A DNA stretch of 62,031 nt, filler included, from 3 parts of 3 records of this genome joined end to end with filler, not necessarily neighbours in it; one strand, 5' to 3'; shown: positions 28,844 to 38,532, counted from the whole stretch's first letter. The notes: generated by a model not told the origin, from the letters alone. A program made the numbers and translations.

Positions 28844-28876
28844 TCAATTAATGGTTTGTAGTAAAGAAACTAAAAT

Positions 28877-29593
28877 ATGGAACAATTTCAAATAGAAACG
28901 GCCCAAAATATAACCATAAACCAAAATACGTCCCATCTTGGTGAGCGCATGCTGGCTTACATTATTGATACCTTTATCATTGTGGTCTACACGATTTTGA
29001 TGTTTGTTTTTTTGGCGTCCCTTGATATTGATATGGGGGATCAATGGGCGTTCTATTTGATTCTTTCCCTACCGGCATTTTTATATTATCTGCTTTTTGA
29101 GACCCTGATGGATGGAAAAACCATAGGTAAGGGGGCTATGAACCTTCGTGTGGTGAAATTGGACGGTTCCAAACCCAATTTTGGCAATTATTTTGTTCGG
29201 TGGGCGCTTAGGATCATTGATGTGGGAATTACTTCGGGAGGAGCTGCCGTCCTAACTATTTTAATTCGCGGCAAAGGACAACGTATCGGTGATATTGCAG
29301 CAGGTACTACGGTCATTAGTGAAAAAAAACGGGTATCCCTAAAGGATACCTTGCTTAGGGAATTGCCAGAAGATTACAAACCGACCTTTCCACAGGTTAC
29401 CGTTTTTAAGGACCAGGAAATGCGAACCATTAAGGAGTTGTACGACAAGGCAAGGCTTAATGGAAACCATAACGTTATTGTTTCATTGGATAAGCGTATC
29501 AAGGAAGTATTGGGCGTGCAGACCGCATTAAAGCCTATAGAGTTTGTGGATGTGATCATCAACGATTACAACTATTACACCCAAAAAATGTAG
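28877..29593 (+). CDS. RDD-family protein
   Basis: ERMLAYIID, GKTIGK, R...RIID, QRIGDIAAGT. Confidence 0.9.
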   Translation: MEQFQIETAQNITINQNTSHLGERMLAYIIDTFIIVVYTILMFVFLASLDIDMGDQWAFYLILSLPAFLYYLLFETLMDGKTIGKGAMNLRVVKLDGSKPNFGNYFVRWALRIIDVGITSGGAAVLTILIRGKGQRIGDIAAGTTVISEKKRVSLKDTLLRELPEDYKPTFPQVTVFKDQEMRTIKELYDKARLNGNHNVIVSLDKRIKEVLGVQTALKPIEFVDVIINDYNYYTQKM

Positions 29594-29595
29594 GT

Positions 29596-30210
29596 ATGCT
29601 TTACCAGACCATAGATATTTTAGGTACTATTGCCTTTGCCATTTCAGGGGTTTTGGTTGCCATGGAAAAACGATTGGATTTGTTCGGTGTGCTCATTATT
29701 GCCTTTGTTACCGCTATTGGTGGCGGCACCCTACGAGATTTATTGATAGGAAACACACCAGTAGGTTGGATGCATGACCTTACTTATGTAATCACCATTT
29801 TTATTTCGGTGGTTTTTGCCATCTTATTTGTGAACAAGCTCAAATATCTTAGAAAATCATTGTTCCTGTTCGATACCATTGGTATAGGACTTTATACCAT
29901 GGTGGGTGTTGAAAAGGGACTTGAAGCCCAGCTTTTGCCTATTATATGCATATTCCTAGGGACTATGACGGCCTGTTTTGGAGGTGTCATCCGAGATATT
30001 CTCTGTAATGAGATTCCTGTAATTTTCCATAAGGAAATCTATGCCACCGCATGTATATTGGGTGCCTTGAGCTACTTTTTGATCATACAGTTTCCGGTTA
30101 AGGATGAGTATGCCTATATCGCGGCTATTTTGGTCGTAATCTTGTTGAGATTGTTGGCCGTTCGATTTAAGATAAGTCTGCCCAGTATTTACGGAAAGCA
30201 ATCACCTTGA
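29596..30210 (+). CDS. TRIC/UPF0126 (YadS-like) membrane protein
   Basis: Two repeats: TAIGGGTLRD and TACFGGVIRD. Confidence 0.9.
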   Translation: MLYQTIDILGTIAFAISGVLVAMEKRLDLFGVLIIAFVTAIGGGTLRDLLIGNTPVGWMHDLTYVITIFISVVFAILFVNKLKYLRKSLFLFDTIGIGLYTMVGVEKGLEAQLLPIICIFLGTMTACFGGVIRDILCNEIPVIFHKEIYATACILGALSYFLIIQFPVKDEYAYIAAILVVILLRLLAVRFKISLPSIYGKQSP

Positions 30211-30237
30211 TTGATATTCCTTACTGTTTTTCAATAC

Positions 30238-30347
30238 TGATTAATCGTTGTTTATCACGATTAACCTATCGTTAATCAATATTACTTCTTCGTTAACCAA
30301 AACACCCCTGTCATACGGCTACATTGCTCGTTAATCATAAAGTTAAC
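30238..30347. promoter_or_regulatory. Cluster of TCGTTAA(T/C)CA direct repeats upstream of the beta-barrel/TonB operon
   Basis: Copies at 30269, 30290 and 30328; related GATTAA/GTTAA cores at 30239, 30259 and 30342. Confidence 0.55.
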
Positions 30348-30403
30348 TTTTAAGGGAGTTGGTTATTATCATCAATCTCCCCAAACCAATCATTCAATCA
30401 GGT

Positions 30404-31549
30404 ATGAGAACATCACGATCATTAATTTTTACATTTTTGGGATTGATTTCCTTTTTCGGAATCGATCGGGCAAATGCACAAGGGTGCGTGGCCATTAGAC
30501 ATTTTTCCTCTTGTGTAGGGAACACTTTGGAAAACAATCTCTTAGGCCCGGGAGATATTCAAATAGGTAGTAATTACAGATACTTTAAATCCTTCCGCCA
30601 TTTTAGGGGCACCCACGAAGAGCCCGACCGTGTTTCCAATGAAACAGAGGTAATCAATCATTCACATTCATGGGATTTCTTTTTGACCTACGGAATTTCG
30701 GACAGGTGGTATGCCAGCATCACTATCCCTACCGTCATCAATACACGTTCGTCACTTTACGAGCATGGGCGTGATGAGCGGAACACGACTTTTTCCCGCG
30801 GTCTGGCAGATATAAGGGCCGGAGTGGGCTATTGGCTCTTCGACCTTGAAAAACACCAGAACGGAAATTTGGCATTGGGATTAGGGGTAAAACTTCCAAC
30901 GGGTAGTTATAATGCTTCTGATATATTTTACAATGTGGGTCCTGAGGGCGGTCCAGAGGTCAGACCAGTAGATCAGAGTATTCAACCAGGAGACGGTGGT
31001 TTCGGAATCACGTTGGATTTCCAGTTTTATCAAAAGATTGCTGAGCGGTTTTTTGCGTATGGAGGAGGTTTCTATTTGATCAATCCAAGGGAGGTCAATG
31101 GAACGAGGACCTTTAGGGAAACTTTGAGTCCAATTCTTCAGAACGAGGCAATTATGGCCGTTCCCGACCAGTTTTCGGTGAGGGCAGGGGTTAGCCATAG
31201 TTTGGGCAATACCATTTCTGCTTCTTTGGGGGCTCGGTACGAAGGAGTGCCCGTCAAAGACCTAATCGGGGGCAATGAAGGTTTTAGAAGACCTGGCAAT
31301 GTACTTTCCATAGATCCCGGAATCGCTTTTATGAAAGGCAATTTTTCTTTGAACCTGAATGTGCCCTTTGCAGTAAGAAGGGAGCGTCCCCAGAGTGTTA
31401 CAGATTTGCAGACCGAACAAGCGACGGGAGAACCTAGAATGGGGGATGCCGCTTTTGCCGATTACTTGATCAATGTGGGAGTGTCCTACCGGTTTACAAA
31501 CAACAAGGTCAAGGTGAATCCGGAACTTATGAACGAATTCAATAATTAA
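30404..31549 (+). CDS. Putative outer-membrane beta-barrel with Cys-containing N-terminus
   Basis: Signal peptide ending ANA; mature QGCVAIRHFSSC; GLADI...G.KLPTG motif; terminal strand VGVSYRF. Confidence 0.75.
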   Translation: MRTSRSLIFTFLGLISFFGIDRANAQGCVAIRHFSSCVGNTLENNLLGPGDIQIGSNYRYFKSFRHFRGTHEEPDRVSNETEVINHSHSWDFFLTYGISDRWYASITIPTVINTRSSLYEHGRDERNTTFSRGLADIRAGVGYWLFDLEKHQNGNLALGLGVKLPTGSYNASDIFYNVGPEGGPEVRPVDQSIQPGDGGFGITLDFQFYQKIAERFFAYGGGFYLINPREVNGTRTFRETLSPILQNEAIMAVPDQFSVRAGVSHSLGNTISASLGARYEGVPVKDLIGGNEGFRRPGNVLSIDPGIAFMKGNFSLNLNVPFAVRRERPQSVTDLQTEQATGEPRMGDAAFADYLINVGVSYRFTNNKVKVNPELMNEFNN

Positions 31550-31562
31550 GCTGTCAACATAA

Positions 31563-34214
31563 ATGAACTTTAAGATTGCCCAACGAATTCAAAAGCTATC
31601 ATTAATATGTGTTTTACTTCTTGGACTTCACGCAAAGAGTCAGGAAAATATCAAAGGAAAAGTGGTCGATGCCTCATATGGACAGCCCTTGGTTGGGGCA
31701 CAAATAGTGCTCAACCCAAGTCAAAAGGGAACCTTGACCGATGAGTTTGGATACTTCCAAATAGATGCGGGTAGTGATGATAATTCTCTTATTGTAAGGT
31801 ATTTGGGGTATGAAGAACAGGAGGTTTCCATATCAAATACCAATGACTTGGGTACTCTGGCATTAAAAAGGTCCAACACCACATTGAGCGAAGTAATTGT
31901 AAGTGCATCGCCCAAAAATTTTAAAAGTGAATTTAAAGGGAGCAATTTTAGGATCAATCCTGTTTCATTAAAAAATAGTAATCCGTTGAGTACCGAAGAG
32001 GTATTGCGCACCATTCCAGGGGTCAATATTGTTGGGGATATGGGATTGTCCAACCGACCGAACATCAGTATTCGGGGTTCGTGGGGCAGGCGCTCCAAAA
32101 AGGTGCTATTGATGGAAGACGGGACACCAGCTGCGCCAGCACCGTACATAGCTCCAGGCGCTTACTATAATCCGGTGAGCGATCGTATCACCTCTGTCGA
32201 AGTATATAAAGGAGCGGATTTGCTACGATACGGCCCCAACAATATGTACGGCGCTGTCAACTATATTACCGCGCTACCACCTCAAAAACCCACTTTGCGG
32301 CTTAAGTTGACAGGAGGTCAGCGCAATTATACCTCCGGCCTGTTTTCATACGGAGGAACTTGGAACGATATCGGTGGTTTGGTAGAAGGTGTTTACAAAA
32401 AGTTTAATGGATTTACCGATAATTCCTCGGTTGAGATCTTGAACCTGAACGCAAAGATATTCGCCAAACTCTCCGATAATCAATCACTTTATTTTAAGGT
32501 GAGCGGGCAGTTCGAGGACAATCAGGCCTCTTTAAGCTCGCAGACACCGTTCACATTTGAAGCTGACCCAACCCAAAATCCCTTGGATGCAGACCAATTT
32601 ACCATGAGGCGCTATGGTGTCGATATTATCCACAAATGGCTGCCCAATGATGATTTGAGCTTCACTACAAAAGTATATGCTTCAGATTTTGAACGGGATT
32701 GGTGGCGTCAGGTAACTGCTAAGGTCAAGGCATCGGAAGTACAGGATTATGTGGGCGATGAAATTTTTAATGATAGATATGGTTATTTGGTTGGAAGAAC
32801 ATTTGATGACGAAGACTATGTGATTGTTGGGCGTGTGGAGAATGGACTGGAGAGCACTACGGACAGTCGGTGGATCTATCGTGTTTCCGGAATCAAGGAG
32901 ACGGTCAACGCGACATGGGAAGCCTTTGGGGCTCCAAGTGCTTTCGAAGGCAGTATCAATCTGCACCGTGAAACATTTAAAGACGTTTTCTTGGAAGCCA
33001 ACAACTCCAGATGGGCCAGATATGGAACCGCTACCAAAGATTTGTGGTACAGGTTGTGGTCTGCCAATGGTTATGTTCGCAATGAGTTCAATTTTGGAAA
33101 AGTTGGGGTAACGCCCATTCTTCGTTTTGAACATGTGGATATGTTTCGGCAAGACCTCTTGGCTTTGGCCCAAAATTCTGATTTGGAAAGTACCGTAGAA
33201 GGTAGGGAACCCAATGTATACAATCAGTTTTTGCCTGGACTTACGGTGGATTATGGTTATGGAAAGGGTGAATTTTACGGTAGTTTGTACCAAGGTATGA
33301 TCGCTCCATCCAAAGTTTTCGGGTTTTTAGTGGAACAAAATGGTGTTGTTACCAACCCTTTGGCGGGACAGAGCATCAATATTGATCCCGAGTTAAGTTG
33401 GAACAAGGAAATTGGTTGGCGAGGTGGCTTGTTGGATAATTTTATCCAAGGGCAATTGACCTATTTTCACAATGCGAGCAGAAATTTTTATGCCGGCGGT
33501 CGTAACGAAGTGTTCACCGAGTTGGGCGAAATCAATGTCCAAGGAGTAGAAATGGCCATCAATTTAGAGCTTTTGAATACAAATGGCCATCAATTGCACT
33601 TTTTGGGCAATGTTACCTACATGAAATCCAAAGTTAAATCGGGCAAGTTGGAGGATAGGGACCTTTTTTCTCAGGTTATACATGGTGCCGCTACACAGAA
33701 TGAGTATGTGTCCATGGTAAATTCCAATAGGAATGCCTACGAGGTATACGTGGACAATGGGGGAGGGGAAACCTTGCTGACCGACCCGACCATCGATGCT
33801 TCCCAATTTGGTAGTATTACCCGTAGCGCAGTCACCTTTGGCGATGGAGGATTGTCAGATACAGAGGCTCCTTATACACCAAATATTAATATGAGCTTGG
33901 GCCTCAATTACGATTGGAAAGAGTTATCCAGTGGTTTTAATGTGCATCATGTGGGCAAGCAGTACACAGAATTCCACAATTTTGTAAATGAATCAGCTGA
34001 CGGTGCCATTGGTCAGCTATCTTCCTATACTACGATAGATGCATTCGTGAACTACGATTTGACCATCGGTGAAAAAATCGATGCCACCATTTTTGTGAAT
34101 GGTAAGAACATTACAAACAATATATATAGGGCTTCACGTTTGAACAGGGCCACTTCGGGATTGTTCGGAGGTGGTTTCCGACAGATTATATTCGGAATCA
34201 ATATGAAGATTTAA
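31563..34214 (+). CDS. TonB-dependent receptor (FecA-like) with N-terminal carboxypeptidase-regulatory-like domain
   Basis: GKVVD..QPL.GA, EVLRTIPGV, ISIRG, VEVYKG...YGP...GAVN, PELSWN.EIG, NITN..Y. Confidence 0.93.
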   Translation: MNFKIAQRIQKLSLICVLLLGLHAKSQENIKGKVVDASYGQPLVGAQIVLNPSQKGTLTDEFGYFQIDAGSDDNSLIVRYLGYEEQEVSISNTNDLGTLALKRSNTTLSEVIVSASPKNFKSEFKGSNFRINPVSLKNSNPLSTEEVLRTIPGVNIVGDMGLSNRPNISIRGSWGRRSKKVLLMEDGTPAAPAPYIAPGAYYNPVSDRITSVEVYKGADLLRYGPNNMYGAVNYITALPPQKPTLRLKLTGGQRNYTSGLFSYGGTWNDIGGLVEGVYKKFNGFTDNSSVEILNLNAKIFAKLSDNQSLYFKVSGQFEDNQASLSSQTPFTFEADPTQNPLDADQFTMRRYGVDIIHKWLPNDDLSFTTKVYASDFERDWWRQVTAKVKASEVQDYVGDEIFNDRYGYLVGRTFDDEDYVIVGRVENGLESTTDSRWIYRVSGIKETVNATWEAFGAPSAFEGSINLHRETFKDVFLEANNSRWARYGTATKDLWYRLWSANGYVRNEFNFGKVGVTPILRFEHVDMFRQDLLALAQNSDLESTVEGREPNVYNQFLPGLTVDYGYGKGEFYGSLYQGMIAPSKVFGFLVEQNGVVTNPLAGQSINIDPELSWNKEIGWRGGLLDNFIQGQLTYFHNASRNFYAGGRNEVFTELGEINVQGVEMAINLELLNTNGHQLHFLGNVTYMKSKVKSGKLEDRDLFSQVIHGAATQNEYVSMVNSNRNAYEVYVDNGGGETLLTDPTIDASQFGSITRSAVTFGDGGLSDTEAPYTPNINMSLGLNYDWKELSSGFNVHHVGKQYTEFHNFVNESADGAIGQLSSYTTIDAFVNYDLTIGEKIDATIFVNGKNITNNIYRASRLNRATSGLFGGGFRQIIFGINMKI

Positions 34215-34235
34215 ATCTGCGAATCTATTTTTTTT

Positions 34236-34270
34236 ACGGTTCGGGAAACTGATTTATCCCGAACCGTTTT
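34236..34270. terminator. Terminator between convergent genes
   Basis: ACGGTTCGGGA/TCCCGAACCGT stem followed by T run. Confidence 0.75.
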
Positions 34271-34317
34271 ACTAAAAATGGCTTCAAAACGTTGATGCCC
34301 TAACATCAATTTTGTTT

Positions 34318-35037
34318 TCAATCAGCGAAGATTTCCTGAAAAAAGTTGGTCATTCTTGTCCAAGAACGCTCTGTAGCCAATGGGTTGTACATCATTCCAT
34401 CGTCTGGAGCATTGGCATTGGGGTTGGTAAAGGCATGTCCGGTTCCGCCAAAAACATCCATTTCCCATATGGCATTTCTATCGGTAAGTTCATAACCTAA
34501 AGAGACAACATCCTTGGGAAACGCCATTGGGTCTTCCCAACCGTGAAGTACCAATACTTTTGCTTTGATTTCCTCTTCTTGCTCCAATCCGTTTGGGTCC
34601 AAAAGTCCATGGAAGGAGACAGCTCCCTTAAAATCGGCTCCGGAACGGGCAAGGTCCAAGGCGCATTTACCTCCAAAACAGAATCCGATGATACCTACTT
34701 TTTCGGGGTCGGCTAAATCGTGACCTTTAATACTGTTGAATGCCAGAATTATTCGGTCGAGCAATTTTTGGCGATCGGTGGCCACCTCGTTCATAAGCTC
34801 TTCCGCTTCGGTATTGTCTTTCGCTCTTTTTCCTTCGCCATAAACATCTATGGCCAATGCCAAGTAACCAAGTTTGGCAAGCTCGATGGCCTTGTCCGTT
34901 TCAAATTGGGATTGTCCGGCCCATGTGTGGGCCACCAAAACCACTGGTCGTTTTCCTTGAATGCTATCATCATGGGCAACAACCCCCAAATAGGATTGTC
35001 CATCATCTGCATAGCTAAAATTGTTAGTTTGAATCAT
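34318..35037 (-). CDS. Dienelactone hydrolase family
   Basis: GFCFGG nucleophile, SFHG, HG.ED, GHAFTNP. Confidence 0.92.
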   Translation of the reverse strand: MIQTNNFSYADDGQSYLGVVAHDDSIQGKRPVVLVAHTWAGQSQFETDKAIELAKLGYLALAIDVYGEGKRAKDNTEAEELMNEVATDRQKLLDRIILAFNSIKGHDLADPEKVGIIGFCFGGKCALDLARSGADFKGAVSFHGLLDPNGLEQEEEIKAKVLVLHGWEDPMAFPKDVVSLGYELTDRNAIWEMDVFGGTGHAFTNPNANAPDDGMMYNPLATERSWTRMTNFFQEIFAD

Positions 35038-35091
35038 GCTGAGTTTAGTTATGTATTGAGAGCCATTAAATTATATTATTTTTTGATTCCT

Positions 35092-35811
35092 TTACAAAAC
35101 TTCGGCCTTTAGTATGTATATATTTTGCCATGGCCAATCACCGTCCCCAACGCGCACATTATTTATAGCATCCACTACGTCCATACCTTCAATTACCCGA
35201 CCAAAAGGGGTGTAAGACCCATCTAAGTGATAGGACCCTGGATTGGTGACAACAATGAAAAATTCGTAAGGGGATGCCAATTTATGTGGATTGTCCCTTT
35301 CGCTGCTGGGCATAGATATGGTGCCTCTGTGATGCTTATGTCCCTTATTTCCGTCGGGAGGTAGCAGATATCGCCCAATGTCGCCCCGTTTACGGGCCGT
35401 TCTTCGGTCATCAGAATTTCCTCCCTGAATAATAAAGTCCTTGACAACCCTGTGGAATTGGGTGCTGTCAAAATATTTTTGTCTGGTCAGATAAATGAAA
35501 TTGGCTTTGTGATAGGGAACATTATCATAGAGTTGGACGGTAAAACTCCCCATGGTCGTTGTAATTTTTACCTTGTCCTTTTTAAGTTTTTTGGAATAAT
35601 TAAAAAAGAAGTCGATGGCATTTTCCTCGGTAAGTTTGAAAGGTTCTTCTTCCTCTTCTTCCTCCATAGCGGTGGAATCCAATTCGGTTTTAGGAACTGT
35701 GTCCGTGTTTGTAATATTTTCCTGAACTTTGCCCTTCTCCTTTTTAGGGGATTCTCCGCAGGAAACCAATAATAGAAATAATATACTTGTAGCTAAAGCT
35801 GATTGTCTCAA
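35092..35811 (-). CDS. Cyclophilin-type PPIase lipoprotein (TTG start)
   Basis: Lipobox LVS-C; FHRVVKDFIIQGG, HLDGSYTPFGRVIEGMDVV. Confidence 0.9.
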   Translation of the reverse strand: MRQSALATSILFLLLVSCGESPKKEKGKVQENITNTDTVPKTELDSTAMEEEEEEEPFKLTEENAIDFFFNYSKKLKKDKVKITTTMGSFTVQLYDNVPYHKANFIYLTRQKYFDSTQFHRVVKDFIIQGGNSDDRRTARKRGDIGRYLLPPDGNKGHKHHRGTISMPSSERDNPHKLASPYEFFIVVTNPGSYHLDGSYTPFGRVIEGMDVVDAINNVRVGDGDWPWQNIYILKAEVL

Positions 35812-35815
35812 CAGT

Positions 35816-36457
35816 ATGGATTTTAATGAATTTTACGAACTCGCTTTAAAATTAAAAAATCTTCCACTTCCCGGGGAGGATTCCCATAATAAAATGTCAC
35901 CGCAATTGCGTATCCAGTGGTTGAAGGAGAACAGGGTTCAGGATTCCAATCCAAAAAGAGCAGGGGTAATGGCCTTGTTTTATCCGGACCTTGAACAGGA
36001 AACCAGACTGCTTTTGATTCTAAGAAAGGTATATCAAGGTGTTCATTCCAACCAAATTGGGTTTCCCGGAGGGAAAGTGGAAAGAATAGATAAAAATTTA
36101 ATGGAAACTGCTCTGCGTGAAACCCATGAAGAGGTCGGTGTACCTCCAAGCGAAGTTGAGGTGATAAAAGAGTTGAGCGAGGTCTACATTCCACCAAGTA
36201 ATTTTTTGGTTAAACCTTACATGGGACTTTATCCGAGTCCGCGCCCATTTGTGAAAGAAGATTATGAAGTAGAAAGCCTTGTAGAGGTTTCTTTAAAGGA
36301 TTTTTTGGACGATTCCAACCATATCAATGAGGTTTTGACAACTTCTTATGCAAAAAATATCGATGTACCTGCCTTTAAATTAAATGGTTATACCGTTTGG
36401 GGTGCCACTGCTATGGTTTTGAGTGAAATCAAGGAGCTTTTGCGTCAAGTGCTTTAA
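35816..36457 (+). CDS. Nudix hydrolase, CoA pyrophosphatase-like
   Basis: HSNQIGFPGG, Nudix box ALRETHEEVG, VWGATA. Confidence 0.9.
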   Translation: MDFNEFYELALKLKNLPLPGEDSHNKMSPQLRIQWLKENRVQDSNPKRAGVMALFYPDLEQETRLLLILRKVYQGVHSNQIGFPGGKVERIDKNLMETALRETHEEVGVPPSEVEVIKELSEVYIPPSNFLVKPYMGLYPSPRPFVKEDYEVESLVEVSLKDFLDDSNHINEVLTTSYAKNIDVPAFKLNGYTVWGATAMVLSEIKELLRQVL

Positions 36458-36498
36458 ACGCTATTTTGTAAATTTACCGCCAACAATTAACACTTTAC

Positions 36499-37320
36499 AT
36501 GGGTCTGTTCAAGAAAAATCCCTTTGGTCATATTTTGTTCCTAAAACGATGGCTGATTCGTATTGCGGGTATGATGACGCACCAACGCTACAAAGGATTT
36601 AATACTTTAGAGATTGAAGGTTCGCAGATAATCCGCGACCTTCCAGAGAGCAATGTCCTCTTTGTAAGCAACCATCAAACCTATTTTGCCGATGTGGTGG
36701 CAATGTTCCATGTATTCAATGCCAGTCTAAAAGGGCGGGACGATAATATCAAGAACTTAGGCTATCTATGGAATCCCAAGCTCAACATCTACTATGTTGC
36801 AGCCAAAGAGACCATGGGAAAGAGTTTGTTGACCAAGGTTTTGGCCTATGCTGGTTCCATAAGTATTGAAAGGACCTGGAGGGCAGATGGCCAGAATGTG
36901 AACAGACAGGTGAAGTTCAGTGATATTTCCAATATTGGAAAGGCATTGGACGATGGCTGGGTAATTACTTTTCCTCAGGGAACTACAACTCCATGGAAGC
37001 CATTGCGAAAAGGTACTGCGCATATCATAAAAAAATACAAACCTGTTGTGGTTCCTGTTGTTATCGATGGTTTCCGACGTTCTTTTGATAAAAAAGGTCT
37101 TCGTGTAAAGAAGAAAGGAATCCTTCAATCGATGCAAATAAAAGAGCCCTTGGACATTGATTACGATAACGAATCCATTGATGCAATTTTGGAAAAACTG
37201 GAATATGCCATTGAGCAACATCCATCATTCCTTAAGGTGATTTCGGAGAAGGAACTTCTTGCCTATGAAGAGGAAAACCAGAAAAGACGATATAGTTACA
37301 AGGGCAAAATAGATGGTTAG
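36499..37320 (+). CDS. Lysophospholipid acyltransferase (PlsC family)
   Basis: NHQTYFAD (HX4D), FPQGT. Confidence 0.88.
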   Translation: MGLFKKNPFGHILFLKRWLIRIAGMMTHQRYKGFNTLEIEGSQIIRDLPESNVLFVSNHQTYFADVVAMFHVFNASLKGRDDNIKNLGYLWNPKLNIYYVAAKETMGKSLLTKVLAYAGSISIERTWRADGQNVNRQVKFSDISNIGKALDDGWVITFPQGTTTPWKPLRKGTAHIIKKYKPVVVPVVIDGFRRSFDKKGLRVKKKGILQSMQIKEPLDIDYDNESIDAILEKLEYAIEQHPSFLKVISEKELLAYEEENQKRRYSYKGKIDG

Positions 37321-37961
37321 ACTTCCAATCGTTTGAGTTCGTTGTAATTCTTTCGTAATTTTTTTAGCAGAATACCGTAAAGCAATTTATAGAACAACCA
37401 AATAACAACCAATACGGCCGTAGTAATCGCAATCGAAACAATGATTATCAACGCCCAAAACTCCGTACTGTCACCATCTTGGGCAGCGGCATTCACCAAT
37501 TCTTGGCCTTCTGGTGTATACAATAGTACACCGTATGCGTAAATAATTGCACTAATAGTGAAGATGATTAGATTGAACCATACATATTGGGTCACTGTTC
37601 GTTTTACCTTTAGAATGGTCCGCATCAAATTTTTGGAGGAATCGGTAAAGGAGATTTTTCTATAATTGGTATAGAACTTATAGATAAAGTAAAGGATGAT
37701 GGCGTAATTGATGACATTAAGGGCCATCACTACCTTATATATGTGCATGTCCTTAAGTTCCTGCATGGTATCGGGGCCACTAAAAATAATATTGATACCT
37801 GCCCAGAAAACAAATTCTATGATACTAATATAAAAAATCCACTTTACTATGGACGATGACTTCTTCTTGGTCATCGGGTATATTTGCTCGTAGGACAGCT
37901 TGGGGAGGTTTGCTTCCCGCTTCTGCCAATCCTTCTTCAAGAGCTCCAGTTCATCCAGCAT
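37317..37961 (-). CDS. Four-TM protein coupled to ECF sigma (candidate anti-sigma)
   Basis: DELELLKKDWQ N-terminus, four hydrophobic segments, 2 nt after the sigma stop. Confidence 0.75.
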   Translation of the reverse strand: MLDELELLKKDWQKREANLPKLSYEQIYPMTKKKSSSIVKWIFYISIIEFVFWAGINIIFSGPDTMQELKDMHIYKVVMALNVINYAIILYFIYKFYTNYRKISFTDSSKNLMRTILKVKRTVTQYVWFNLIIFTISAIIYAYGVLLYTPEGQELVNAAAQDGDSTEFWALIIIVSIAITTAVLVVIWLFYKLLYGILLKKLRKNYNELKRLEV

Positions 37962-37963
37962 AA

Positions 37964-38458
37964 TCACGGATTTAATATAGTTCTTAATTTATTTTTCACC
38001 CTACTCATCTTCACTCTTGCATTTACTTCGGAAATTCCCAAAGTTTCGGCTATTTCTGTATAATCCTTGTCTTCCAAATAAAGAAAGACCAAGGCCTTAT
38101 CAATATCGCCAAGTTGTTTTACCGCGTCGTACATCAACTTTAATTGCCGTTCCTCGGTATCATCATAATCGGTGGCTTTTATTTTATAAAGTACCGAATC
38201 AAAATCCTGGGTCTTCACCCTTTTCTTGGATTTTCTGTACAATGTTATGGCCGTATTCAATGCAACGCGGTACATCCATGTGCTAAACTTGGCATCTCCC
38301 CGAAACTTTGGGTATGCTTTCCACAACTGTATAGTGATTTCTTGGAACAGGTCGTTATGCGAATCCTTGTCGTTGGTATATAGACTACACACCTTATGGA
38401 CAATGTTTTGATTGTCCTCAAGTTCCGTCACAAATTGATGTTCCAGTTCTTTGTTCAC
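37964..38458 (-). CDS. ECF RNA polymerase sigma factor
   Basis: DLFQE, FSTWMYRVALN, YTEIAETLGISEVN.RV. Confidence 0.93.
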   Translation of the reverse strand: MNKELEHQFVTELEDNQNIVHKVCSLYTNDKDSHNDLFQEITIQLWKAYPKFRGDAKFSTWMYRVALNTAITLYRKSKKRVKTQDFDSVLYKIKATDYDDTEERQLKLMYDAVKQLGDIDKALVFLYLEDKDYTEIAETLGISEVNARVKMSRVKNKLRTILNP

Positions 38459-38532
38459 TAAACGGTTGGTAAAGTTTGCTTTATCTATTGGTATCTATAA
38501 AGCAGCTTTTGTTACAATGATTGGGTAAAAAT

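Noticed and set aside
30238-30347. Short repeats as a mini-CRISPR
   Set aside because: Repeats are only 10 bp, irregularly spaced, and no cas genes are present
30211-30403. Possible cobalamin or other riboswitch ahead of the TonB operon
   Set aside because: No recognisable riboswitch core or strong GC stems; the repeats look like DNA sites. An Rfam scan would settle it
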